Below are positions 8,022-16,111 of a stretch of DNA of 32,000 bases, piece by piece (the stretch's first letter is position 1; the number at the start of each line of letters is the position of its first letter). This DNA comes from Croceivirga radicis (GTDB taxonomy: Bacteria; Bacteroidota; Bacteroidia; Flavobacteriales; Flavobacteriaceae). The stretch lies in contig NZ_MTBC01000004.1 of assembly GCF_002072105.2 (NCBI RefSeq), positions 250,913 through 282,912 of the forward strand. The letters run 5' to 3'. The notes under the pieces were generated by a model. The model did no database searches and had not been told where the DNA came from. It saw only the letters and a program-made list of their open reading frames with translations. The position numbers were made by a program, and so were the translations under genes.

Positions 8022-8054
8022 AAAAAGGTCTGGCTTATACCAGACCTTTTTTTT
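8022..8054. terminator. Bidirectional rho-independent terminator between convergent genes
   Basis: AAAAAAGGTCTGG-cttata-CCAGACCTTTTTTTT. The GC core stem is 8027-8033/8040-8046, flanked by an A-run and a T-run so it can function on both strands. It sits between the stop at 8021 (+) and the acs stop at 8058 (-). Confidence 0.8.
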
Positions 8055-8057
8055 AAT

Positions 8058-9965
8058 TTATAGTTTCTCTTTTATAATCTGGTCTACCACTTCAGGATTT
8101 AATAACGTAGACGTATCGCCTAAATTACTTAAATCATTAGAAGCAATTTTTCTAAGTATTCTCCTCATAATCTTACCACTACGGGTTTTAGGCAGTCCGG
8201 TAACGAATTGTATTTTATTCAGCTTCGCAATAGGGCCAATTTTATCAGAAATTTGCTGATTTATCTCATTTCTTAGGTTATTTCTATCCCTAGATTCTCC
8301 GGTTTCTTTTAAAATTACGAAGCCGTAAAGTGCATTTCCCTTAATATCATGCGGAAAACCAACAATGGCAGATTCCGCAACCGCAGGATGCTCGTTTATG
8401 GCATCCTCTATAGGTGCAGTACCCAAATTATGACCAGAAACAATAATTACGTCATCTACCCTACCCGTAATACGGTAATAGCCTACCTCATCACGTAATG
8501 CGCCATCCCCGGTAAAATACATGTTCTCAAAAGCGGAAAAATAGGTGTCTTTATAGCGTTGGTGGTTGCCCCAAATTGTTCTAGCCATAGAAGGCCAAGG
8601 GTATTTTATACACAATCTACCGTCTACCTGATTACCCTTTATCTCTTTGCCGTTTTCATCCATTAAAGCGGGTTGTATTCCTGGTAAGGGTAAAGTGGCG
8701 TAAGTAGGCTTTGTTGGCGTACTAAACGGTATAGGAGATATCATAATGCCACCGGTTTCGGTTTGCCACCAGGTATCTACAATAGGGCAATTCTTTTCGC
8801 CAACATGATCATTGTACCAATGCCAAGCTTCCTCATTTATAGGCTCTCCAACCGTTCCTAAAACTTTCAAGGACGATAAATCATATTTGGTAACAAAATC
8901 AATATTTTCTTTAGCCAGGGCCCTAATTGCCGTTGGCGCTGTATAAAATTGTGTAACCTTATGTTTTTGAACAATTTCCCAGAAGCGGCCATAATCGGGA
9001 TACGAAGGTACACCCTCAAACATAACCGTTGTAGCCCCGTTGGCCAAAGGACCGTAAACAATATAGGAATGCCCTGTAATCCAACCAATATCTGCAGTAC
9101 ACCAATACACATCTTCTTCTCTATACTGAAAAACGTTTTTAAATGAATAGGCAGAATAGACCATATAACCACCCGTAGTATGCATCATTCCCTTGGGTTT
9201 ACCCGTAGAGCCAGAAGTGTACAAAATAAATAGTGGGTCTTCAGAATCCACTATTTCTGGCACGCAATCGCCATAGGCTTCATCTAATAAAGGTTGTAAC
9301 CATTCATCTCTATTTTCTTTTAGTTTGATATCGGAATGGATACGCTTGGCTACCAATACTTTTTCTACCGTTGGGCAGTCCTCTAAAGCCTCATCTACAA
9401 TACCTTTTAAGTCGATGGTTTTTGCTCCACGATAAGAACCATCTGAGGTAATCACCATTTTAGCCTCACAATCTTGAATTCTAGTTGCTAAAGCCGAAGC
9501 CGAGAAACCGGCAAACACTACGGAGTGTACGGCTCCAATACGCGCGCAGGCCAATAGGGATATAGCCAATTCTGGAATCATAGGTAAATAAATAACTACC
9601 CTATCCCCTTTTTTTATACCCTTATCCTTTAACACATTGGCAAACTTAGATACGCGTTTGTGCAGTTCTAAATAGGATATATGCTCCGCCGCTTCATCTG
9701 GATTGTTAGGTTCAAATAAAATGGCCGTTTTATTTCCCCTAACATGTAAATGACGGTCAATACAATTTTCAGTAATGTTCAATTGCGCACCAGAAAACCA
9801 TTTTACTTCTGGTTTGCTAAAATCCCATTCTAATACGTTGTTCCATTTTTTACGCCATAAGAAGTGTTCTTCTGCTATCTCTTCCCAAAAATTTTCAGGA
9901 TTTCTAACGGATCTACGGTATACTTGAAAATATTCTTCTAAATGTTTAATGTGGTAATTACTCAT
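8058..9965 (-). CDS. acs: Acetyl-CoA synthetase (AMP-forming)
   Basis: 635 aa. Acs-type N-terminus: FWEEIAEEHFLWRKKW..WF.GAQLN. AMP-binding motif YTSGSTGKPKG. Also WWQTETGG, and C-terminal LPKTRSGKIMRRILRKIA containing the catalytic/acetylated Lys context. Confidence 0.97.
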   Translation of the reverse strand: MSNYHIKHLEEYFQVYRRSVRNPENFWEEIAEEHFLWRKKWNNVLEWDFSKPEVKWFSGAQLNITENCIDRHLHVRGNKTAILFEPNNPDEAAEHISYLELHKRVSKFANVLKDKGIKKGDRVVIYLPMIPELAISLLACARIGAVHSVVFAGFSASALATRIQDCEAKMVITSDGSYRGAKTIDLKGIVDEALEDCPTVEKVLVAKRIHSDIKLKENRDEWLQPLLDEAYGDCVPEIVDSEDPLFILYTSGSTGKPKGMMHTTGGYMVYSAYSFKNVFQYREEDVYWCTADIGWITGHSYIVYGPLANGATTVMFEGVPSYPDYGRFWEIVQKHKVTQFYTAPTAIRALAKENIDFVTKYDLSSLKVLGTVGEPINEEAWHWYNDHVGEKNCPIVDTWWQTETGGIMISPIPFSTPTKPTYATLPLPGIQPALMDENGKEIKGNQVDGRLCIKYPWPSMARTIWGNHQRYKDTYFSAFENMYFTGDGALRDEVGYYRITGRVDDVIIVSGHNLGTAPIEDAINEHPAVAESAIVGFPHDIKGNALYGFVILKETGESRDRNNLRNEINQQISDKIGPIAKLNKIQFVTGLPKTRSGKIMRRILRKIASNDLSNLGDTSTLLNPEVVDQIIKEKL

Positions 9966-9994
9966 TGTAAAATATAAGTCTTTATTGTTTCTGT

Positions 9995-11770
9995 TTAATG
10001 TTCTATAGCTTCACCTGCACCACTAGGTATTCTAATGTTCTCCACTATTTCTTGTACATGTTCTGGTGGTGCGGTTGTAACGGATGAAACCACTAGTGCA
10101 ATGCTAAAATTCACCAACATACCTACGGTACCAAAACCTTCTGGAGAAATACCAAACCACCAATATTCTTGAGTTGCGGTATCTGGATTTCCTATCCATC
10201 CCAGTTTAAAGCGCGCTATGTAATAGCAGGTTATGGCCAAACCGGCCAACATACCCGTTATGGCACCTTCCCTATTCATGCGTTTACTAAAAATACCCAA
10301 AACAATTGCAGGGAAAAAAGACGATGCCGCCAAGCCAAAAGCCAAGGCTACCACGGATGCGACAAATCCTGGTGGATTAATACCAAAATAGCCCGCTACC
10401 AAGACTGCAACCAACGATGATAACCTCGCAATCAATAATTCTTTCTTATCTGATATTTCTGGGGCTATTTGTTTTTTTACCAAATCATGGGAAATTGAAG
10501 TAGAAATTACCAACAGTAAACCTGCTGCGGTAGACAAAGCTGCTGCTAGACCGCCAGCCGCAACCAAAGCAATGATCCAATTGGGTAAATTAGCTATTTC
10601 CGGATTGGCCAATACGGTAATGTCCCGATCTACATACAATTCATTCACTGTTGGGCTTGGATTGGCTATTAAACGTTCTCCGTTTACCCCTCTTTTTGTT
10701 TCAAAAATTGGTTTGGCATCTGCTAAGGCATTACCGGGAGCATACTGTATTTTTCCATCTTTGTTCTTATCTGTCCATGCAATAAGCCCTGTATCTTCCC
10801 ATTTGGTAAACCAGGCCGGTATTTCTTTATATGGAGTGTTTTGTACCGTTTCCATCAAATTGGTACGGGCAAACACAGCAATTGCGGGCGCAGTGGTATA
10901 TAGAATTGCAATAAAAAGCAAAGCAAAACCAGCAGACTTACGGGCATCTTTTACCTTTGGAACTGTAAAAAACCGAATAATTACATGGGGTAAACCAGCA
11001 GTACCCATCATTAATGCCGCTGTTATAAAAAAGACATCCATTTTAGACTTCGTGCCATCTGTATATGCGGTAAAACCTAAATCTGTCATTAAACCATCTA
11101 GCTTATCCAATAAATAAATACCATCGCTTCCGGCTGCCCCCATTCCTAGCTGTGGTACGGGATTACCCGTAGCCATCAAAGAAATAAAAATTGCGGGGAC
11201 CATAAAGGCAAAAATCAGTACACAATATTGGGCCACTTGGGTATAGGTTATTCCCTTCATTCCACCTAAAAAAGCGTAGAATAATACCACGGCCATACCA
11301 ATGTACACTCCTGTATTTACCTCAACGTCTAAAAAACGACTAAATACAACGCCCACACCTCGCATTTGGCCCGCCACATAGGTAAAGGAAACAAATAACG
11401 CCGCCACAATAGCCACCGTTCTTGCTACATTTGAATAATACCTATCTCCTATAAAATCCGGAACGGTAAATTTTCCAAATTTTCTCAAATAAGGTGCCAA
11501 GAGTAGTGCTAGAAGTACATAACCGCCTGTCCAACCCATTAGATAAACCGAGCCATCATAACCTGAAAAGGCAATTATACCGGCCATGCCCAAAAAGGAT
11601 GCGGCAGACATCCAATCTGCTGCGGTAGCTAACCCATTTGCCAAAGGAGAAACACCTCCGCCGGCAACATAAAATTCTTTTGTAGAACCTGCCCTAGACC
11701 AAATGGCTATTCCTATATAAAGGGCAAACGTAATACCCACCAAAATAAATGTCCACGTTTGTATTCCCAT
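9995..11770 (-). CDS. Sodium:solute symporter family protein (VC_2705-like large subunit, probable acetate/monocarboxylate uptake)
   Basis: 591-aa polytopic membrane protein with an SSF-like N-terminus (TKEFYVAGGGVSPLANGLATAADWMSAASFLGMAG). Its start overlaps the stop of the DUF4212 gene (TAATG). It lies directly upstream of acs. Confidence 0.88.
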   Translation of the reverse strand: MGIQTWTFILVGITFALYIGIAIWSRAGSTKEFYVAGGGVSPLANGLATAADWMSAASFLGMAGIIAFSGYDGSVYLMGWTGGYVLLALLLAPYLRKFGKFTVPDFIGDRYYSNVARTVAIVAALFVSFTYVAGQMRGVGVVFSRFLDVEVNTGVYIGMAVVLFYAFLGGMKGITYTQVAQYCVLIFAFMVPAIFISLMATGNPVPQLGMGAAGSDGIYLLDKLDGLMTDLGFTAYTDGTKSKMDVFFITAALMMGTAGLPHVIIRFFTVPKVKDARKSAGFALLFIAILYTTAPAIAVFARTNLMETVQNTPYKEIPAWFTKWEDTGLIAWTDKNKDGKIQYAPGNALADAKPIFETKRGVNGERLIANPSPTVNELYVDRDITVLANPEIANLPNWIIALVAAGGLAAALSTAAGLLLVISTSISHDLVKKQIAPEISDKKELLIARLSSLVAVLVAGYFGINPPGFVASVVALAFGLAASSFFPAIVLGIFSKRMNREGAITGMLAGLAITCYYIARFKLGWIGNPDTATQEYWWFGISPEGFGTVGMLVNFSIALVVSSVTTAPPEHVQEIVENIRIPSGAGEAIEH

Positions 11771-12024
11771 TACTCGTCTAGATTAAATTTCTTGTCCAAA
11801 CGATTCATAAGAACAACATAAATAAAAATAAGCAGCACAAAAACATATATAGAACCTTGTTGGGCAAACCAAAAGCCCAATTTAAAACCGCCTAAACGGA
11901 TGGTATTTAATTGTTCTACCCACAGTATGCCAAAGCCATAAGAGACTAAAAACCAAATAGCCAATAAAATAGCTAAATAGGTAAGATTAAAACGCCAGTA
12001 TTTCTTGTGTTGTTCAGTTTGCAT
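11770..12024 (-). CDS. DUF4212 protein (putative solute:sodium symporter small subunit)
   Basis: 84 aa with two hydrophobic helices (YWRFNLTYLAILLAIWFLVSYGFGIL...GFKLGFWFAQQGSIYVFVLLIFIYV). Translationally coupled to the symporter, which is the classic arrangement for this family. Confidence 0.85.
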   Translation of the reverse strand: MQTEQHKKYWRFNLTYLAILLAIWFLVSYGFGILWVEQLNTIRLGGFKLGFWFAQQGSIYVFVLLIFIYVVLMNRLDKKFNLDE

Positions 12025-12158
12025 TGGTTCAGTTTGAACCTGAAAGATAGAAAATTTTTAAAGTGTAGATATGAACATTTCTATACAACCAACGCAATAT
12101 TCTGAGAGTTTACTACATTTTTAACTAAATAACCTAAAAGTTAAATTCTTATAAAACA

Positions 12159-12192
12159 AAACAATCCCAGTGGCGAACTATTGGGGTTGTTT
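12159..12192 (-). terminator. Candidate terminator downstream of purC
   Basis: On the minus strand: AAACAACCCCA-(12 nt loop)-TGGGATTGTTT, an 11-bp stem with one mismatch, followed by TGTTTTAT. It starts 19 nt after the purC stop. Confidence 0.4.
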
Positions 12193-12210
12193 ACTAAATA
12201 TTATCTAAAA

Positions 12211-13167
12211 CTATAATTCTTTAAGGTAACTATTAACATTGTTACCTATACGCTCATGAATATTACTTACATCTGCTTTTACAAAAGTTTCGCCTGTAAT
12301 ACTCTCATATAGCTCTATATATCTTTCAGAAACAGAATTAATATATTCATCTGACATATGGGGTACAGTTTGGCCTTCCAATCCTTGAAAACCATTACTG
12401 ATTAACCATTGGCGAACAAACTCTTTTGAAAGCTGTTTTTGTGCTTCTCCCTTTTGCTGGCGCTCGGCATAACCATCTGCATAAAAATATCTAGAAGAAT
12501 CCGGTGTGTGTATTTCATCTATTAATACAATCTGCCCATCTTTGGTTTTGCCAAATTCATATTTTGTATCCACCAAAATTAGGCCTCTTTTGGCCGCGAT
12601 TTCGGTTCCGCGCTCAAAAAGGGCTTTAGTATAATTCTCTAATACCTTATAATCTGCCTCGGCAACAATACCTCTAGAAAGAATAGCTTCTCTAGCTATA
12701 TCCTCGTCGTGATCACCCTGTTCTGCCTTAGTTGCCGGCGTTATAATTGGTTCAGGAAATTTATCGTTTTCCTTCATACCTTCTGGCATGGCAACACCAC
12801 ATAAGCTACGTTTTCCTGCTTTGTACTCCCGTGCTGCATGGCCAGATAAATAACCACGGATTACCATTTCTACCTTAAAAGGTTCACAAGCTTTACCTAC
12901 CGCTACATTAGGATCTGGGGTTGCCAATAACCAATTGGGTACAATATCTTCCGTGGCCTGCATCATTTTTGTGGCAATCTGGTTTAAGATTTGCCCTTTG
13001 TAAGGTATACCCTTTGGCATTACCACATCAAATGCGGAAAGACGGTCTGTAGCCACCATTACAAGGATATCATTTTCTAACGTATATACTTCTCTTACCT
13101 TACCCTTATAAACCCCTTGCTGTTTTGCAAAGGTGTAGTGGGTATCCATTAATGTATTTACAGCCAT
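12211..13167 (-). CDS. purC: Phosphoribosylaminoimidazole-succinocarboxamide (SAICAR) synthase
   Basis: 318 aa. Long-form PurC signatures: [46 protein letters not shown]. Confidence 0.95.
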   Translation of the reverse strand: MAVNTLMDTHYTFAKQQGVYKGKVREVYTLENDILVMVATDRLSAFDVVMPKGIPYKGQILNQIATKMMQATEDIVPNWLLATPDPNVAVGKACEPFKVEMVIRGYLSGHAAREYKAGKRSLCGVAMPEGMKENDKFPEPIITPATKAEQGDHDEDIAREAILSRGIVAEADYKVLENYTKALFERGTEIAAKRGLILVDTKYEFGKTKDGQIVLIDEIHTPDSSRYFYADGYAERQQKGEAQKQLSKEFVRQWLISNGFQGLEGQTVPHMSDEYINSVSERYIELYESITGETFVKADVSNIHERIGNNVNSYLKEL

Positions 13168-13170
13168 CTA

Positions 13171-14130
13171 TTAAAATTGATTTTGATGCTCTATGTCTTT
13201 ATAAGCCTCTATTACCTTTTTTACAAGTTTATGTCTAATAACGTCTTTATCGTCCAGATAGATAATTTTAATCCCCTCAACATTTTTCAATATTAAGATA
13301 GCCTCCTTTAGACCAGAGATTACCCTTCTAGGAAGATCAATTTGTCCAGGATCGCCCGTTAATAAGAATTTTGCATTTTTACCCATACGTGTCAAGAACA
13401 TCTTCATCTGGGCATGGGTAGTATTCTGTGCCTCATCCAAAATAACGAACGCATTGTCTAAAGTTCTACCCCGCATAAACGCCATGGGTGCAATCTGTAT
13501 GGTACCGTCTTCTATGTATTTATCTAATTTTTCTGGAGCGATCATATCCCGTAATGCATCGTACAATGGTTGCATGTAAGGGTCTAACTTCTCTTTTAGA
13601 TCTCCTGGTAAAAAACCAAGGTTTTCACCAGCTTCAACGGCTGGTCTGGTTAAAATTATGCGTCTTACCTGTTTTTCCTTTAATGCCTTAACAGCCATTG
13701 CTACACCGGTGTAGGTTTTTCCCGTACCTGCTGGTCCTATGGCAAAAACCATATCGTTTTTCATGATGGCGTCTACCAACTTTCGTTGGTTTACGGTTTG
13801 TGCTTTAATAAGCCTACCACTTACCCCATGTACCAATACCTCGCCACTAGCTGCAGAAGATTGTATTTCTTCTTTAGAATCACTTGTTAGTAACCGCTCA
13901 ATTGCGTTCTCATCTATTTTATTGTACTTGGCAAAGTGCTCCGTTATCATGTCAAAACGGCGATCAAACTCTTCTAACAATTCTTCATCGCCATAAACCT
14001 TTATTTTGTTGCCACGGGCAACAATTTTTAGTTTAGGAAAATACTTTTTGAGTAATTCTATATTCTCGTTCTGATTGCCAAAAAAATCTCTTGGACTAAT
14101 CTCTGTAAGTTCTATTATTAGTTCGTTCAA
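13171..14130 (-). CDS. phoH: PhoH family ATPase
   Basis: 319 aa. Walker A GPAGTGKTY. Also LTRPAVEAGENLGFLPGDLKEKLDPY and FVILDEAQN. There are only 3 nt between its stop and the purC start, so the two are probably co-transcribed. Confidence 0.95.
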   Translation of the reverse strand: MNELIIELTEISPRDFFGNQNENIELLKKYFPKLKIVARGNKIKVYGDEELLEEFDRRFDMITEHFAKYNKIDENAIERLLTSDSKEEIQSSAASGEVLVHGVSGRLIKAQTVNQRKLVDAIMKNDMVFAIGPAGTGKTYTGVAMAVKALKEKQVRRIILTRPAVEAGENLGFLPGDLKEKLDPYMQPLYDALRDMIAPEKLDKYIEDGTIQIAPMAFMRGRTLDNAFVILDEAQNTTHAQMKMFLTRMGKNAKFLLTGDPGQIDLPRRVISGLKEAILILKNVEGIKIIYLDDKDVIRHKLVKKVIEAYKDIEHQNQF

Positions 14131-14249
14131 AAAAAGAAAGTATTAAAGTTGTGGGGTAATAAATTCGCTGTTCTTTGTTTTTAATTAATTTTACAAACAA
14201 ACTTAACCAAAATACAGTTTTAACTAGCAAAAAACTATTAACAGCCTAT

Positions 14250-15083
14250 ATGGCGATAATTACTCTTACCACAGACTTTGGAACCAAGGACCACTTTGTA
14301 GCCGTGTTAAAAGGGGCCTTACTAACAGAAGTGCCTACTACCACTATTGTTGATATCTCGCATTCCATTTCGCCGTTTAATATTCATGAATGTGCCTATT
14401 TACTCAAAAATAGTTATAAAGCGTTTCCCAAAGGCAGTATCCATATTATTGGTATTGATGCAGAATGGTCTCCAGAAAACGAACATATTGTGGTATTAGT
14501 AGATGGGCATTATTTTATTAGTGCCAATAATGGGGTAATTTCATTGGTTACCTCAGAAAAACCTCCAGAAAAAATCATGGCGATAAACCTCCCAAACGGA
14601 GAAATATCAAGCTTTCCAACCCAAGATATTTTTGTTCCGGTAGCAGCACATTTGGCAAGAGGTGGGCAACCAGAGGTGGTTTGTACGCCTTTTGACGAAC
14701 TAAAGGAATTACGTGATTTTAAGCCTAGAATTGAAAATAACGGCAATACCATAATTGGCAATGTCATCTATATTGATAATTACGGTAATGTTGTAACCAA
14801 CATAGAACGCAGCACCTTTGATGCTTACCGCAACGGCAGAACCTTTGAAATAACCGCAAGAAGGCAACGTATAAAAGCGATACAAAAAAGTTATAACGGA
14901 ATTGTGGATTACAACAAAGAAAAAAACCAACGTAAAGGACCAGGAGACCTATTGGCGCTTTTTAATGCAGCAGGCTACCTAGAACTGGCCATTTATAAAA
15001 GTGATTTAAATACCGTTGGTGGTGTTTCTACCCTTATTGGGCTGCAATACCGAGATATCATAACCATTAATTTTGATGCATGA
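14250..15083 (+). CDS. SAM hydroxide adenosyltransferase / SAM hydrolase (DUF62, fluorinase-chlorinase superfamily)
   Basis: From the ATG at 14250 it reads MAIITLTTDFGTKDHFVAVLKG...VDISH, the typical DUF62 N-terminus. Also IDNYGNVVTNI. The ORF-track start at 14175 is a TTG that adds 25 non-conserved residues. Confidence 0.85.
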   Translation: MAIITLTTDFGTKDHFVAVLKGALLTEVPTTTIVDISHSISPFNIHECAYLLKNSYKAFPKGSIHIIGIDAEWSPENEHIVVLVDGHYFISANNGVISLVTSEKPPEKIMAINLPNGEISSFPTQDIFVPVAAHLARGGQPEVVCTPFDELKELRDFKPRIENNGNTIIGNVIYIDNYGNVVTNIERSTFDAYRNGRTFEITARRQRIKAIQKSYNGIVDYNKEKNQRKGPGDLLALFNAAGYLELAIYKSDLNTVGGVSTLIGLQYRDIITINFDA

Positions 15084-15376
15084 TCGTAAGAATTGTAAAA
15101 CTGACTTTTAAAACCGAAGAAATTGCCAACTTTGAGCACATTTTTGAAGAAACCAAGGCCAATATCCGAAATTTTGAAGGTTGTAATTTTTTAGAATTAT
15201 ATCAAGATGTAAATTCGCCACAGCAATTTTTCACCTATAGCTATTGGGAAACCCAAGATCATTTGGAAAGCTACAGGCAATCCGATTTTTTCAAGTCGGT
15301 TTGGAGCAAAACAAAGGTGCTGTTCGCAGCTAAACCAGAAGCATGGAGTGTAACCAAAAAACATACCTTAGCGTAA
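15080..15376 (+). CDS. Antibiotic-biosynthesis-monooxygenase (ABM) domain protein
   Basis: 98 aa with a ferredoxin-like ABM pattern (IVRIVKLTFK...FEGC..LELYQD...FFTYSYWETQDHLESYRQSDFF). ATGA overlap with the upstream gene at 15080-15083. Confidence 0.7.
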   Translation: MIVRIVKLTFKTEEIANFEHIFEETKANIRNFEGCNFLELYQDVNSPQQFFTYSYWETQDHLESYRQSDFFKSVWSKTKVLFAAKPEAWSVTKKHTLA

Positions 15377-15380
15377 ATCA

Positions 15381-16109
15381 ATGAATGCCATACTAAAAAA
15401 AGAACTTCAATCTTTCTTTAATTCACCTCTAGGATTTTTAATCATAGGTGTTTTTTTAATCCTAAGTAGTCTTTTCCTTTGGGTATTTAAAGGCGATTTT
15501 AACATCTTAGATTACGGTTTTGCGGATTTAAGTAAATTTTTTCTTTTTGCACCGTGGATATTCCTATTTATCATACCGGCCATAACCATGAAAAGCTTTT
15601 CAGAGGAATATAAAATGGGTACCATGGAATTGCTTTTGATAAAACCTATTGGCATTCCTAAAATTATATTGGGCAAATATTTAGGAACACTTTTGGTTTC
15701 CATGCTAATGCTATTACCAACCCTAGTGTACGTTTTTTGTATTGGTGCACTGGGCATGGACACTAATAATTATGATTTAGGTGTAATTATAGGCTCTTAT
15801 TTTGGTCTGTTCTTTTTAATTGGCCTTTTTCATGCAATTGGCTTATTTGCTTCTACGGTAAGCAACAATCAGATTTTTTCTTTTCTCTTAGGTGTGCTAT
15901 TGTGTTTTCTAATCTTTTTTGGGTTTGATGCCCTTGCCTCTTTGTTAACAGATGGTAGCACGCAAGAACTCGTTTCCAATTTAGGTGCAAACGCTCATTT
16001 TAATAGTATTGCAAGAGGTATCATAGATACTAGAGACTTAGTTTATTTTATTAGTCTTATCCTATTCTTTCTTTGCTTAAGCTATTTACAAATCAAAAAT
16101 AAAAGATAG
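15381..16109 (+). CDS. gldF: Gliding-motility ABC transporter permease GldF
   Basis: 242 aa, ABC-2 type permease. The N-terminus ILKKELQSFFNSPLGFLIIGVFLILSSLFLWVF is typical of GldF. It is immediately followed by gldG. Confidence 0.85.
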   Translation: MNAILKKELQSFFNSPLGFLIIGVFLILSSLFLWVFKGDFNILDYGFADLSKFFLFAPWIFLFIIPAITMKSFSEEYKMGTMELLLIKPIGIPKIILGKYLGTLLVSMLMLLPTLVYVFCIGALGMDTNNYDLGVIIGSYFGLFFLIGLFHAIGLFASTVSNNQIFSFLLGVLLCFLIFFGFDALASLLTDGSTQELVSNLGANAHFNSIARGIIDTRDLVYFISLILFFLCLSYLQIKNKR

Positions 16110-16111
16110 TT

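Noticed and set aside
10572-11117. 181-aa plus-strand ORF
   Set aside because: It is entirely antisense to the well-supported symporter gene. The translation is low-complexity (Ser/Ala/Ile/Lys-rich) with no recognisable motif. This is a typical shadow ORF.
12026-12040. GGTTCA-GTT-TGAACC, which superficially resembles a tRNA T-arm, in the 186-nt intergenic region
   Set aside because: The loop is only 3 nt. There is no acceptor, D or anticodon arm around it, and the surrounding sequence is AT-rich. It is treated as a leader hairpin instead.
14175-14249. N-terminal extensions suggested by the ORF track (14175, 17900, 22401 and 22854 are TTG starts; 22866 and 31996 are upstream in-frame starts)
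   Set aside because: Internal ATGs at 14250, 17903, 22392, 22815, 22902 and 31945 give N-termini that match the family-typical starts or proper signal peptides. The extensions add non-conserved residues.
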